A stretch of DNA of 64,000 nt from assembly GCF_036971445.1 (NCBI RefSeq), contig NC_091470.1:191394001-191458000 (forward strand), given 5' to 3'. The DNA is from Narcine bancroftii. Its lineage: Eukaryota. Below the pieces are notes generated by a model. It worked only from the letters and a program-made list of their open reading frames with translations, had not been told where the DNA came from and did no database searches. The translations under genes were made by a program, and so were the position numbers. Below are positions 63,013-64,000 of the stretch, piece by piece (the stretch's first letter is position 1; each line of letters begins with the position of its first letter).

Positions 63013-64000
63013 ATAGATCCCACTGCAGCTAACAATGCCCCCCTGTTACATCTGCCAGAGGGATGATCTCACCCTGATCCACCTTGTCCTGCACCAGCTG
63101 TGTATCTGCCTGAATCACCCTGGAGCTTCTCTGCATCTACCTCATATATCATTCTCTCACCCATCCTGCTCTCTATCTGTGTCGGGACATTGTCCTCAAA
63201 CCCATCCATGTTAACGTGGCACCTGAGTCTCTCAGGTGCAACTGCACTGAGAGGCTTCTGGAAGTCCAGCTCCCATCTCTTCACCAATACATCGATCTGG
63301 CCTGTTTCCCATCCTCACAAGGACATGAGTTGAGGCCACCACTTCTGAACCTGCTTTCTAACTTTGCTGCATATTGCAGGAGCCCACCTTCCTCTGCCTT
63401 CATCAATGTGTGCGCCTAACCACATTCCTCCCCAGAACACCGCAGCCACTCTGAGACATTCCTGACCCTGGCATCAGGGAGGCTACAAACCAGATTGAGC
63501 TCGCTGATCTCTGCTGTGGGAGATTAAAGGGGTCAGTGAGTTAATTGGGTCAGAGGATAGTGGGATTAAGGGGTCAATGGGATCATGAAGTAATCGGGAT
63601 TTTAAGTTAATCAAGGTCAATAGAGATCTGGGATTAATACAGGCATTGAGAGTTTATGGGGAGTCAATAGTTAATGGACAGGAGTTAATAGAAAGTCATG
63701 GGTTTATGGGAAACCAAGTATGATGGATTATGTTATATTTTATATTGTATATAGATATGTTTTAAAGGAGATTATTGTGGGGTTTTTTTTAGTGTAGGTC
63801 ACAAACAAACATAAACATTTCAAAACAGATCTCATTTAAAATGCCAGAGCTTGGTTTAAGTGAGACAGTCCAGGCTCCGAGGGTCTTTGCAAAATCTTTG
63901 AAGAATGCCTACAGAGACTTCACAAGTAGGTGTTAATTGGACATGATGTGGAGTGATGGATTATTGTTTTGGAAAGCAATAGATGAACAGACTCGGAAGA

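Overview
Vertebrate genomic DNA, most likely a cartilaginous fish (shark or ray), judged from the MHC sequence and the CR1/Rex1/Penelope/Tx1/Gypsy repeat landscape; there is one assembly gap (11474-11642). The only host protein-coding gene I can support is an MHC class II alpha chain on the minus strand: join(complement 23719..23785, 10950..11198, 9016..9297, 5353..5498), 744 nt, 247 aa, all GT-AG phase-1 introns, with a canonical X/X2/Y promoter at 23969-24011. No class II beta exons were found. The 40 kb upstream is mostly transposon debris, but non-repetitive islands carry immune-type cis elements: two more X-X2-Y modules (46652-46695; 59247-59291, the latter beside a perfect NF-kB site and an ISRE) and two paralogous kB/ISRE promoter-like units with short spliceable exons (about 54.9-56.4 kb and 61.0-61.4 kb). 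Together these suggest a distributed MHC II enhancer or locus-control region. Other notable structure: roughly 0.7-0.8 kb inverted duplication arms flanking exon 1 and its promoter, a second local inverted duplication, a young near-intact Gypsy element (32946-37687), several solo LTRs with target-site duplications, Penelope remnants with degenerate hammerhead motifs, and minisatellites.
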